In this document: positions 44,211 through 58,318 of the stretch, in pieces
Layout of the letters: the number at the start of each line of letters is the position of its first letter
Numbering within the stretch: the stretch's first letter is position 1
From: the human T2T-CHM13v2.0 reference genome, Homo sapiens
Direction: 5' to 3' (one strand)
DNA length: 64,000 nucleotides
Assembly: GCF_009914755.1 (NCBI RefSeq)
Contig: NC_060926.1
Made by a program: the position numbers and the translations under genes
Notes under the pieces: generated by a model
Told to the model about the DNA's origin: nothing
Database searches by the model: none
The model's input: only the letters and a program-made list of their open reading frames with translations

Positions 44211-46392
44211 TGTCCTGCCTAGTTTATGTTCTCATACATTATACTCATTTTTGTCTTCAGTAATGTGAGGGGCAGATATCCTTTCAGATAGATTGGTCTT
44301 TGGACAGAGACACCTGAGCTGATAGAACAAGCTGGTGGAGTAGATCGTTGTGTCAGCCCAAGGTGATCAAGATGCCTGAGCAAGAGTGGCCGAGAGTCAG
44401 GAAATTGACAGGACTTTAAAAGGGCAGAGTGATGAAGACAGCAGATGGACAGAACTGTAGGGGGGGGACCATGCCAGGCAGGGAGCAGATGAACCTGAGA
44501 CTGTCTGAGGGCATTACAGGACGTGCAGCAGATGGGCTGTGCTGGAATGTGGGGCAAGAAACACTGTCATTGACACTAATTACTCGTGATGGAGGTGCTT
44601 TGCAAAATGTGGGGGAAAATGGCCTTATTTCATAGGACATTTACTGTAATGGCAGACAAGTTCACAACAGCTTTCTACATTAAATACACTAGATTGAGGA
44701 ATCAGGGAAATATTTGTAGTTTGTTCTTCCCCTTCTCTAATACCTTGTTTGAGATGGAGATACTGATTAGGACACGCCACAGTGCCTGGCCGATGGTGTT
44801 TCTTCTGAGTACTGAGCATTTTCACAAATTAAAATTCCCTTTAAGAAGTAAAATATTCAGAGGCGAAACGATGCATAACACAGCAGATGAGGTGGTTTTG
44901 TATCACAAATTAGCAGGTAAATCAGAAGAATCAGATGTGGGAAAGACATCAAAACTATCACATCGTCTCTGCTGGCACAGGTGAATACCTGTCCTCCCCA
45001 AAAAAGGAGAAAGAAAGATGGTTATGTGTTAAATAAAAAGGACCTGGACAAATGAAGTTCAATAGAAAGGCTGTACATTTTGCCTCATCATAAAGTACTA
45101 GGCATATAATTTAGCATTTTAAAACTCAAGAGATTTTTCAGCAGTAATTATGTGTCATATACAATGCTGGGTTTTGGTGATACAAAATAGAGCAAGTCAG
45201 GATCCCAAAGCTCAAAGAGCTCACCATTTAGTCAGAGAGAACGCATGCAAAATGATTCTAACATAACTGCTATTGTGGAGGGAGGTAAAAAAATGCTTTG
45301 GTCACATGAAGGATATGCTTCTATGATAATAGAGTAAGAAATTAAATAAAAATATTAAAGTCAACCATGTTCTATAGAAAGGTATATTGGCTAAGTGATA
45401 TATTTGGAATTAAAAAAAGAGAGCGAGAGAGAGTCTCTCTTTTGATTACCTTTTTTTTGTCATGAATATACCTGGGTATGCAGTGGAGAGGGGGACATCT
45501 TCTCTCCTGGCTTCTGAAGCTATATTGCTTGGGTTCCAGAGTAGCAGAATACTAAATGCCAGCTGGGTGGTTTTCAGTGCATCTGAGTAGCTGGAGAGTT
45601 GGGTAAATTGAGTGTAGTGCATCAGTTTGTTTGTACGCTCTTTCATATGCTGTATATTTATAAGGCAGTAGGAATTAAGGATTCTTGTTGGCCTTATTGT
45701 TTGCATTCTGTCCTCATAGCCAATTCTTTCATCCCATTAATTTTTCTTCTGCTTCACTTCTTTTCTTCAGATTCTCCTATTTCCTTGCCACTGCCCCAAG
45801 GCCAAATTAAATTTGTCAAGAGTATTTTGTAATTCAGGTTCATTAACTTTGAATGCCAAACTGCAACTATTTGGTTTTCACAATTTTCAGAAGCTTGTCT
45901 GGCCCTAAAACGGGATTTCTTATTTGGCTTCTGCCTTCTCCATTAGTCACTTTACCGTAATAAAAATTACAGAGTCCCCTTCAGCAGTCACATAAGCTAC
46001 AAAGTCACGTTCATGAAAACAAATTAAAATTTTATCCTCATTGTCTCTCTTGCCCAACACACCAATATATAATTTTATTCCAGACTTGGAAAAAATAATT
46101 TAGTTGATTGATATAGCAATAAAGATGCATTTCAGATCAACCAAGATAAAAAGCCTGACTAAACTGTCTTTGTTTCACAATAATCTTCCTTCTGAAGTTA
46201 CCAAGACCTTAATTAAATGACTCAAGTGTGGTAGATAAAATTTGTTCTCTTAGCAGAACTTGTACTGATTGAAGGCTGTAACTGATTTGATAGAGCTTCT
46301 GTCTTAAAGTGTAATTTTGGTTTTGTGGAAACCATGGGAACCAATTTAGATAATTGTCTCTTGGTAGCTCTTGCTATTCCAGAGGTATATAT

Positions 46393-46850
46393 GTCTTATT
46401 GTGGGTTCTCCCAGTAGCTGACCTGAAGACCACACTTGAGTACAAGGAGTCTACTTGGAAAGCTCAGGAAAAGCCTATGGGGGATGGAGAAGTGATATAG
46501 GAAAAAGAAAACAGCCAATAAACGGAGAACTATTAAGGCAGCACTACAGTGGGTGCCTAGACTTGATTCTGAGGGCAGACACTGGGAAGCAAGGCAACAC
46601 ACACACTCAAGGCATGAAGGAGGTAGGACAATTGCACACTTAGTTACAAGACATTGGTTGAAAACTGCCCTGTCCCTGGGGGTGTTAACAACTTGGAACT
46701 TCTGGCTTGCCACACAGTAGCACATCTTGGCAACTCACCTATTTATCATTCTAGGAAAAAATGACAGCTACTAGCAATTGTAAGTCAGCCTGATACCAGC
46801 CCATAGAGTGGACCCAAGACTACGCATGGGTCATCCGCAATGTCTGTTAA
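46393..46850. mobile_element. Old MLT1-type LTR
   Basis: tgtcttattgtgggttctcccagtagctgacctgaagac...ttgagtacaagg resembles an MLT1 terminus. Confidence 0.5.
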
Positions 46851-48263
46851 AACATGTTTGCCCAACTTTAGATTATCTGAAGAACTGAAGAATAGAGAAA
46901 ACAAAGTTAAACACTAAAAGCTTTGCTCTCTTTTTGAGTTCCAACTGTTCCTCTCATCAGCAGTCTAATCAAGAGATGTTAGTTCCTTCATCTTTCTACT
47001 CATGCTCTCGCACTGGAGCAAATACTCAGTCAAGTGATGAGCAAAATGAAGGGAAACAAAGCCACCTGAATGATTCATAAAGTGGAGAAACAGACCATGA
47101 AAAACCGAGGATTGTCAGTACTGGCCTTTGCAACCAAGAAGGTGCTTCAGATGTTTTGGATGTATATGAGAACAAATCATTGAGTGCTTGTATCATTGTC
47201 ATCATTAATGTCACACATTTCTTAGGCATCTCCATTTAGATATGACACTTTCAGACAGTATAAAAAGCAAGTCAAACCAGTGTGCTCCTTTCCTCCTGGA
47301 ATCTAAAATCAGAAACAGACACTAAAATGGACATAAAAGCATAGTCCAGAGTGCACAAAGTGAAATACCCATAAAGGCTATGAAGGTAAAGTGAATGAGG
47401 AAAGAAGCCAGGTGTAATAAGACAAATAGTAAGTGACATTTAGCCTTGTAGTCAAGAATCTAATAGTGAGTGATAGAGCCTTTAGTATAACTGAGAGCTT
47501 GAGCTTTGTCAAAAGTGAAAATGTAACCATATAGGGATGCACACTCAGTACATCAGTACATAGTACACATATAGATGTTCATGTGACATTACCAAAAGGT
47601 TTAAATGAGAAGGTAATTCATACACATTTGAAATACTCTGTGGCCCAAATCTGTTCACGTGAAAAACAACAACAAGAACAAGAACAATAACAACAAAGAC
47701 ACATTTGCTGACCAGCTACAACATACAGGTCAATTTGGCTGGAGGCCTCTGAGACAGGGAAATGTATGAAACCGGATGACCCATGGCCAAAGGTGGGGTC
47801 ATGTGTGTCTGTGTCTGCGTGCATGTGTGTGCATGAAAGACAGAAGGGGAGACAAAGAATCACCTGATGTGCTCATGATGAACATAAATATATACGTGCA
47901 TTTATATTTGTGTATATATGTTTATACATACATGTTATAGAAAACAATGAGCTAAGTGTATTTTCTGAGGTTATGGTTGGGGAGAACAGCAGGTATAACT
48001 CTTGGATATACTTTTGCTATTTTAATTGTATTCTCACTTCAAGGTCACTCAGCCATTGCCACATCACAGATGACTTGCCTCTGTAAGACAAGATTGTTGC
48101 AGGAGGGATTTGCTTGGTGGATAGGTGAATTTGGAAAGAAATACATAATTGACGAGGGCTGGCATAAAATATATTTAAACTGCTCAGTTTGTAAGACAGA
48201 GAAAAGCATGAAGAGGTTTGTAAGGCTTTGAATTGTAGCTTGAAAATCTAAGAAAGCCTATAG

Positions 48264-48544
<281 letters not shown>

Positions 48545-49442
48545 GAAAATCTAAGAAAGCCTATGTTGAGAATTCCTGGGTGCTGAGTCCTGAGATAGGT
48601 AGTTTGCATATGTTATCTTATTTGATCCCTATAACAATCGTTTATGGTGTTAAGAAACTATTTTAGAGAAGGGAAAACACACTCCTTTACACGTATATGT
48701 ACAACAAGTGTAAACAACTTGTTCCACATTATATAAATAATAAGCATCAATACTAACATTCAAATACAGATTACCCTCCTGAAAGTATGTATATAATCCT
48801 AGACATAAACTTTTCTAAGTAGTGAATATGATCTACATTTTTCTAAAAGTAGGAAAATCGGCATTAACTTGCATTGCTGTGTGGTAATCCTATTTGAAAT
48901 GCAGTTTGGAAGAGTTGCTAGATGCTGGGATCTTCAGCTAAAGCATGTGCTTTCATGATGCCTGAGCTAGCCTGACTCTGCAGTAGTCCTATCCCATGTG
49001 TTTTCTGTAGTCTTTCTAAAAGTGGAGCTAAATTTCAGAGTAAGGTGTTAATCCATCAACAAACATCTCTTGTGATTCAAAGCTGGCATCTGGAGTAGAG
49101 TAGGGTAGAAGGATCAATCCTACCCAACCCAGGACTCTATGGCTAAGAATGACTGTCTCAGAGCAAATTCTAGTGGGGTCTGTGACCAGAAGGTGGGAGT
49201 TGATGTATGCAGTGGATGTTAAATATGATTTGCACCCAAAGCAGGGAAAGCTGGGATGGTGTGGCAGGAGCTGGGATAAGGAGATGGGAAGATGGGCAGT
49301 AGGGAAGCCTAGGATCACAGAGACTCATGGACCAGCAAATCTGCATCTCTGGAATACAGAGGCAGCAACAACATTCCTCACCTCTTGCTTCTCCAAGATC
49401 AAGCTCTTCTTCCTGACTATATTTCTATTCTGTTCTCTTAAT

Positions 49443-49583
49443 TTTCCCAAAATGTCCCCTTAGATGGGGTCATTCTGTTTCAAGGAAAGTTTTAATTTGA
49501 ACTAGTCTGAGTAGTAAAAAGAACTAAATTGTTCTTTTCCTTGAAATAGAATGACCCCATCTAAGGGGACATTTTTTGGGAAA
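49443..49583. repeat. Near-perfect inverted repeat (46/48-bp arms, 47-nt spacer)
   Basis: 49443-49488 is the reverse complement of 49536-49583, with 1 mismatch and a 2-nt indel. Confidence 0.95.
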
Positions 49584-50289
49584 GTGTGATGTGAATCAAT
49601 ATCAAAGGTGTAATAATTCCCTTATTTGGACAAAGAAGAATAAGATGGGTCAATAATTACTTCTCATGACTTCATCATTTTCAGGAGATAAAAATCTCAC
49701 CCAGACCTCACCTAACAAGGAGGTGGTTGTTACCTGCCTTTGTCCTTGTCATTTTAGAATTAAATGAGAAAAGCTTGTCGAAGGTAGAATTTTAATGCTA
49801 TATGGAAACATATTTCTCTGGGTTATTCATTTTTAATGCTAGGCCTTATTTATAGATGGATGTAATGAGGACAGGGTACATGTCATTATTGAAGTCAGAG
49901 TTAATAACAGTGTATTCTGCAGTAGATTCTGTCAGCTCTCACTACTTGATCCACTTGATTTTTCTCCTAAAGGTTTTGAGGAATCATCTTTACTTTTTAT
50001 TTCATGTCACATAACATTTTGTATCTTTGAAGAGCAACATATAATTTAAAGATGTAATAGTGTTATTTGCAGTTATGCTGATTTTTATGTCTTAATCCTG
50101 TGTGTATTAACACCTCTGCAGAGATGCTGCTGTAGCAGTAATTTCTATTTTCCTTCGTCTGTCTGTGTGCACTAAGCTAGCAGACTGGATGAAGGTACTC
50201 CACAACTTAATAACTAATTGGAAAAGACATGGAAACCTATTTTAATTTACCAAAAAATAAGTCAGACTGGTCTCTCTCTCTGTCCCTGT

Positions 50290-50624
50290 CTCTTTCTTTC
50301 TTTCTTTTTCTTTTTTTCTTTTTTCTTTTCTTTTTTTTCAGACAAGGTCTTGCTTTGTCATCTTGGCTGGAGTGCCGTGACGCAATTACAGCTCATTGCA
50401 GCCTGAAACCCCCAGGCTCAGGCAATCCTCCCTTCTCAGCCTCTGGAGTAGATGGCACTACAGGCATGTACCACTGTGCCTGGCTAATTAAAAAAAAATT
50501 ATTTGTAGAGATGGGGTCTTTCTTATGTTGTCCAGGCTAGTCTTAAACCCCTGGGCTCAAGCAATCCACCTGCCTAAACCTCCTAAAGTGCTGGGATTAC
50601 AGGCGTGAGTCACTGCATCTAGCC
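50290..50624 (-). mobile_element. AluJ
   Basis: ccaggctcaggcaatcctccc and cctgggctcaagcaatcc, with a TTTC-rich tail. Confidence 0.92.
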
Positions 50625-52887
50625 ACTTTGTTTTTAATGTATGATTTAGAAACACACTAGAAACAGAAATTGGTGCTTTTAATAAAATAATTTAATTATT
50701 AATCAATCAATATTCATTGGTTACCCTTGGAAACAGCATGTTGGATGCCAAAACAAATACTTCTAGCAAATGCATAGAAGTATAAATAAATGATCGAGAG
50801 AGCTGTCCTTTAATTTTACTAATGAAATATTGCACTCTCTCTGATGTTGGACTAAATTGAAAACACTTATAAACTGCTGTGGACTACAGTGATTGGAGAG
50901 TGGGTTATCTTTATTGAATGCATTTTTGAAGCAGTAAAGGAAATTATTTTTTCTTAAATACATATTGCCAAAAATCTAGAACACTGTTTTGTCTACTCTT
51001 TATCCCTGGAAATACAGTGTAATAATGTAATTGGTATCTCTTTCCATCCTGGATTTTCTTACATTACCACCAAATTAGTCCCAGTAACATCAAGGATTAT
51101 TATAAAGTTGAGGAATAAAATACATTGTGCTGACTCTGTATTGAGCTGAAAATATTCCCTGGTGTAGGAAACCACTCCTCTTTTCTTTCTCCCCTTTCTT
51201 TCCTTTAGTCTACTCCTTGCCCTCCTTTTTCTTCCCTTTCATCTTTAGTCAAAATCCTACCTAAAATGAAGTTGTTTAATTGACATTTACTTTATTCTTC
51301 TAAAATTAGAGTGTAAATATAAGACAACATCTACGTGCTGGGGAGATTTGTTTCATTGGGGATTAAAGAATAAAATATTTTAAACAAGTTTTGTGCTTGA
51401 TTTTGTATGGATACTGTCATATCCTAGAAAAGATGGAGATAGTATTTTTAAAGTAGTACACCAAATGGGTGTGTTTCTTTTAGGTTACCTTCCTCTGTTG
51501 ATGCTTAACTTCATTCATATTGGAAAGTGGAAAGCGGGGCATAAGTGCCACCAGAAGTGGGAAGAGGATGTGATAAAGCCCTTAGGCTTCTGATAGCAGA
51601 AGCATAGAGGTGGAGGAAACTCATGTAGTAGAAGCAAGCTGTCTGATTCTTGTGTCCTAGTTTCCTCCCTCCAGTTATTGGAAAGTGAAAACAAATGCCT
51701 AGTCATAGAGAGGGAATGAGTTAATGACTCCTTGCCTAGTCTGGTTGATTTATGTCATGGAAGTGATTCAGAGGTCATCTTATGACCTTCTGGATGTACA
51801 GAAGGAAGCTGAGCTCAAAGCTTGGGACCCTACCACACAGGCCTCAGGGAGCTCAGCTTAAGCCAGTCAAGCGGGAGGACATGGCTAAGACACAAAGGGT
51901 TCCTCATGCTACCAAGGGCAAAGGTAAGGCAGAGTGAGCAAGGGAAGGTAACCTGGCCTAGACTAAGAGAAAAAGCCCAAAATTCAGTAGTCACACCGTA
52001 GCAGACAACTGAGCAAGGAGCTCGGGACAGGATTAGACCAGCTGGAGACACTGACCACAGACCCACCGAAAAATCTGAAACCTCACTCAATGCCGTGGCC
52101 CCATCCAAGCTTTTTGCTACTCTTAGGATGCCATTCTGGGGAGAGGAAGCATTAGGAACCTTGAAAGCCTATAATTTATCCTTAAAAGACAGAGATTACC
52201 TCCTAAAATATTCCTATACATGGAAAGAGACTAAAAGGCCAAAAAAAAAAAAAAAAAAAAGAAAGAAAAAAAGAAAAGACAAGACAAGACACCTTTATTA
52301 GCAGCAAATCTAAGGTTTTTTTCCCTTTGTTTTTCACTGGGTAGGAATATGCTTTTCTGTCTGTTTTAGTGCAACACGTATAAATTTCAACCCACTACTC
52401 ACACTTAAATGAGTGAGGATGGCTGCTGCTTTGCTCCTTATCTCATCTGTGGGAGGAAGGGGTGGGCACTCCTAATGGCAGAGGCTGGACTATCTTTATA
52501 AAGTTTTACTGAGGAATTAGACTTTTAGTGTGAAGCTTCACAGTATCAAGTTATGTGGCATATCGGACTTCACAAATACCCTTTTGAAAATGACAGACAG
52601 AATTTGCTAGCTGTAGAATGGAGAATGTCCTGTTACCTAGCATAGATGTGCATAGTTGCTTTCTTTCATTTCGTACTTAGATCACACAAGAATACTGCTG
52701 CTGGTGGTTTCTTTCTGGAGGATAGGAACTTCAGATATCAGGTTCTCAAGTTCTGAGTCTAAAGTTGTTTCAAGAGGCAGAAACATAAGTTTGAGAAGTT
52801 TAAAAACATACTTGGTGATGGGGGAGATAAATAATTAGTGGCATGCTTTTTATCATCTGCTGTTTCATGCTCCTTGAATACCCAACA

Positions 52888-52889
<2 letters not shown>

Positions 52890-52926
<37 letters not shown>
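52890..52926. repeat. (CA)n microsatellite
   Basis: Visible directly. Confidence 0.95.
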
Positions 52927-52928
<2 letters not shown>

Positions 52929-55900
52929 CTGCTTTCTTTTTATCCAAGTCTTAAGCATGAGTGAAGATCCTGTTCAAGTTTCACCTCCTTGTTGAAGTCT
53001 TAGCCAATCACTCCCATCTCTTCCTTCCTTTCAACATCTATTTTATGTATTCCTTATTTAAGGACTTCATTGTATTTTGCCTGCAGAGTTCTCAACAATT
53101 TTTTGAGAGATTAGTGTTTCCTCTGAAAAGATTATAAACCCCAAGTAGATAGTAGCCATGGTTTTTGATCTTACCCTACTTTTCTGGCACAATAGAGATA
53201 GCTAATAATTGCTAACTATAATGAAAGCCATACAGCTACCCCTAATAAACAGCAAATACTTTTAGAAATTCCTGGTGAATCCTTTTATCTAACCTTTGCT
53301 AGATCATGGATTCCTTCATGTTTAGTAAAAGGTAGAATGTGATGAACCTGTGTGTTGACTGAAAAAGAAGGAAAGCTAGGAAGATTTTAGGTAAAAGTAA
53401 TGTAGGGTGATAGATTTAAATTAGGTATCTTGTTTTTTTTTTTTCAAGCATGATATTGATTTTGACTTATCCCTTTTGTGTGTCAATATGAACTTGGCTG
53501 AATTCACCCTCGGAATTTTTAAAATTTATGGCAGCAGGTAAGGGATTAATTAATTTACCAAATCTAAAAGTCTGTTTCCCTACCCTCCTGGCATAAGATT
53601 TTGGCATCTGTCTCACCAACAAGCTGCTATGAATCTGCAGCATTGTGAGGAGAAACTCACAATATTTAAGAAATATGAACATACTGTTTAGATTACATTT
53701 TTCAAATATTGCACCCCCCTTAATGTCTGACTAAAGCCCAGCTGGAAAGTAATTTTAGTATAGTAGAAGTTGTAAGCCAATTTATATTTTTCAAGTTTTG
53801 CTTCAAGGCTCAGTCAAGAGAATCCATCCTGTGCTAACGTGTTCAATTTGGCACATTTTGGAAATGGATGGAGAGCAGTTAGGGTTCCAAATTTAATTGT
53901 ATGAAATATTCCAGGCATTTTAGGGTAGATTCCAATTCCAATTGAAGAATTTCATTAGACAGTTCTACCTTAAGACAAATTAACACTTCCCGTCTTTTCA
54001 TAAATTCCAACAGGAATGTATAATGGAAGAGACTGGCTATCGGTTTCTCTCTGGCATGGGGAGGAGGGTTCATCCTTTCAGGAGGCTGGAGGAACAAACA
54101 CAGAGTTAGGATATAATTGACAAGAGAAGTTCAGTTGCTATTATGCTCTGAAATTTACAAGGCAAAAATGTTTCCTGAGTCCCTCCTCCTTCACCATTTT
54201 TCCCCTAGGTTGAGGAAACCCTGCTTAACTTCTCAAAATTTAAGGGGACTGAATTTTATGTAATCTAGAAATTGTAGATTTCCTATCACTCAGAGTTTAA
54301 CTGGGAAGCTGTGTTGTCATCATAGAACCTACAGTGTCTTAAAGTCTTTTAATGCTTAATCTCATTTAAAGGTGACATATTTTAATATGCATCATAATTG
54401 TGATTGCATAAGTATCTTTAGCATTAAGAAGGAAAACTGATACTATGGGGTTGATTATTAACACTGTTATTACATTCTTAGTGTACTCATGAAACTGGTA
54501 ATGCACCCATAATTTATTTTTATTATATATTTTGGAAGCATTGTTATAGGTTATAATTGGCTCTATATTTTACAAGTTTGCATCACTAATACAAATAAAA
54601 ATCTGTTTATATTGTTCTTTTGGGAATCCGATTGCATTAAGGAATGATTAGTCTTAATTAAGTTCTGTAGTCTATACTAATTACAATCAAATAAGACTTC
54701 ACATAAAAGTGTGAAATTAAGCCAAAGTAAATGCATTTTTGATCATTAATTAGATAGCTACCAGGCATACCTTTGGAGATGTTTTTATTTTATTTTTTAT
54801 TTTTAGTAACTAGAAGGAAACCTCACCTACAAGCCATTGCATTTCAAAAGGGTGCCTCTCATAGTTTTAACAGAAGCCATTTAGTTAATTATAAATTTGA
54901 GTAATGTTTGCTTATTTTACTCTCATGAGAACTAAAGTGTCCTCAGCTGTTACTTATCCACCCTCCAGGTAGCAATACTATGTTTACATTACAGAATAAA
55001 AATAAGAGGCTGAAGGTTTTAAGAGCATGTGTTCTATTATATTGCCTCATTTAACTTTTATGCACTGCAGTTTTTTTCATGTTTTACGCTTCCCTGATTT
55101 CTTTTTAATGCTATAGATTCATTGGGATCATCCTGTGTGAGACGATAATGATACTTCTATCTGTACTTCCCCAGTGTGGTGATGACTGATGAGTTTTCTT
55201 TGCCCTTAACATCTGAGTTTTAATACTCTTGCATACAAGAAGCACTGAATTCTATGTATAATGAAGAAACTATAAACAGACTAAAATCACAATTTCTGGC
55301 CACCCACATCTTTTTCTGTCCTCTCATAGGAAGCACTAAATGATATTGTGCCTTCACAATATAACACACCCTGGTTCTTGATGCAAGGAAAGGTTCAATA
55401 AGTGTTAGCTGAGATAATAATTATTATTAGGATTGCATTGCATTTGGTATTTCTGGAAGTCCAATTTTAGACCAATTAATTGGTTTTGAGCTCAGGAGGA
55501 AGAAAAGTATTACATCAGAATCCTCCAACAATTTTATTTCCAGTTCTACATTTATCCTGCTTTGAGATGCTTCAAGTATGGCAACTAAAACGCTTACAGA
55601 AGCCAAACTTTCTGGCCTGATGCAATGACCATGAAATGCCCATTTGATGCAGTACTAAAGGCTCCAATTCAGAAATATGTTCAAATCTTTGACCATTTAT
55701 CTATGTTTAGCTTCAACCCACTTTTTCGAAACCACCTACTCATTCATTTTCTCACAACCAGTCACTTTTCTCCTCTATTTATCAACCCAAGAGCTGTTTT
55801 TCTACTTTTCTGACTTTTAATTGCATTTCACTTTCTCTGTTCTTTTTTGTTCAAAACTTTTTCTTTTTTCTTATAAAAATACTTTTGCTTACTCTTCAGA

Positions 55901-56249
55901 AAGTGTATTCATCATTTTATTCCTGTGTATTTTCCTTTTTTCAGCTGAGCTGCTGATCTACAGGACCCTATTTTCTTTCCCATCTAATTACTGTTATTTC
56001 TCTCTGACTGAGTCCATATTCCAGCAAGAAGGTATGACTTTTGCCTTCCGCATATGACTGTTTTCTTTCTAGCTCTGGGTTTTGTGCACATTTTTTGCAT
56101 TGCCTAATATTCATCTTTTACAGTTTGTCAATAACCTCTACTCATCTCCCCTCCTTGAAGTTCCTCCTCAGAATTATTTTCTTCCAAGGATCTTTTACAT
56201 CTAGAGTATGGGGTATACCTCCTCATGGGTGTTTCTCTAAAATCATAGA

Positions 56250-56410
56250 CTACCCTAAATACCACTGGGATCATATAGTAAACCTTCTCATGTTACAGAT
56301 GAGAAAACAGATCCAGACTGGGTCACATGAGCTGCCCAAGATTATGAGATCCTTCAGGAGCAGAATAGGGGACTAGGACCTGGGTGATTCCAAACCCCAT
56401 GCTGTTTTCT
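56250..56410. mobile_element. MIR fragment
   Basis: ctcatgttacagatgagaaaacag...gctgcccaagattat...gggactaggacctggg. Confidence 0.7.
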
Positions 56411-57659
56411 CTTGCATCTGCTGTATCTTAGGACTCCAAAGTAGATTTCCCCTTTGGTATCTTATGAGTTTTTAAAAACTTCCTTCATGTAAGAGGCTCT
56501 TTTCCCCCTCAGTTATTTTATGAAATTTTAGAAGACAGAGGTCGCACCCCTTTGCTTTTATTCTCTGTTCTCTATCATCCTCCATAACATCTAACACAAA
56601 TTGGATTCTTAACAGGGGTCCACTGACTGTTGTTAAATATCATTGTCTGTATCACTCTAGCATTTGAATTTTCTGTGTCTTGTCTTAACCTGTATTTGAT
56701 TCTATATCACTGTTTCCTGTTTTCCCCTTTTTTTGCCTTAATTCTCTTTCCATACTTCTCATTACTTTAAAAACTATATTTCCCTGAATCATATTAATTC
56801 TCCATTTTATGCACAGATTTTTTCTTATACTTCTTATACCAAGTAGATTTTATTTAAAAAATAGATAATAAAATGAGATAAATTGATGGGAAGCTAAAAC
56901 CAATACCAGGAGGGTCAATGATTGTTGAAGTCACTGAGCATTTTATGGTGTCTGAATAAATTAACCCTGCATATACTAACTCAAGGCTTTTATCCAGTTG
57001 ACTGCAGTTACCTCATGAATTTTTCAAATGTTTGACATATCTCTGGGGAGTCTCTTTATTTGGTTTGTAAGTCAGGTAATAAGGGTATGATGACCTACCT
57101 CATGAGAAGGATTGAACAAGAGGTTATGTTCTCGTGCTGATGGAATGGGAAGGCCACACATGGCTTTTAAAAAATGTATGACATATAAAACTCAGAGGCA
57201 TATTTTGATTGTCTCAGAGTCCTGCTCCTTTAGAACAATCTTGAAAGGAGTTTAAAAGCTTTGCTAAGGAAAATGGAAAGAGCATTCCAAGAACAAGAAA
57301 AGGTGTGATTAACTGCTCAGAGGGAGAGAGGACACAGGTTACTGTATTTTTCTGCCTGTAACAGAAAGTAGAGATAGGATTATGGAGATAAGAGGGGTGT
57401 AACAATAGAAGAATTGCTCAAATATTTGAAGTCAGTGACCAGAATCTCTCATTTGAAATAAAGCGGGAATACATGGCATGGCAGTATTGTGAAGTATAAT
57501 GTAAGATTATTACATTTCACGTAATGATCCTGAGATGCAAAATCATTGCGAGAAATGGTTCCTTCTCTTGTAGCACTGGGAAGATTCTGACTTCCATTTG
57601 GGTCTCTTTACAGCAGCTTCTCCAGAAGTCATTCTCCTAGCCAAGACTCCTTATAAGCA

Positions 57660-57890
57660 TCTATTTACTGTGTACCTATCTGTATTAGGCCTCTCCATGC
57701 ATTTGCTAGCTCTTCAGTCATCACAGCTAATCCTCAGGTGAAAGGTATCAGTTCCAGCTTACAGGTAAAGGAAAAAGAGTCACAAAGCATTGAAGTAAGT
57801 AACAAGCCCATAATTAAGCAATGAATGTGGTATATCCAGGATTCAAACCTGACATTTATCAGACTTTACCGCATTTTATTTTTTCTATAC
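57660..57890 (-). mobile_element. MIR fragment
   Basis: tatttactgtgtacctat...cagcttacaggtaaaggaaaaagagtcaca...ccaggattcaaacctg. Confidence 0.6.
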
Positions 57891-58260
57891 TATGTTACTT
57901 TTTGGTGCTAAAAATGTTATAAAAACCCAAACCTATCTTTTCTCTTCCATTGATGCCTAAGAAGTGCCCTTCACCCTCCCCTGTTGCTTCCTAAAGGAAA
58001 TGAGCCTTAAGCTGCAATTCCAATGTTGCTTTAGGGTCTTATTGTGAAAAGATAGAAAAAGTATCTAAGAAAATCAATATTAATTGATACTTGTCTATGA
58101 AATTATTTTCTTCATCAGTCAAAAGAAAAAGTGGCATTATATGAGGGCACAAAGATGGCATTCTGTAAAATGAGAAGTCTATGCATTTATACATTATAGA
58201 TAGGGCTGCTGACCTTTATCCACCTTCATCCTCCTTCCCGTGACCCAGTGTGTGTGCACA

Positions 58261-58263
<3 letters not shown>

Positions 58264-58313
<50 letters not shown>
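58264..58313. repeat. (CA)n microsatellite
   Basis: Visible directly. Confidence 0.95.

Positions 58314-58318
<5 letters not shown>

Noticed and set aside
44219-44984. Cluster of overlapping 66-132 aa ORFs
   Set aside because: No recognisable domain; ORFs lie on both strands, mostly with non-ATG starts, as expected by chance.
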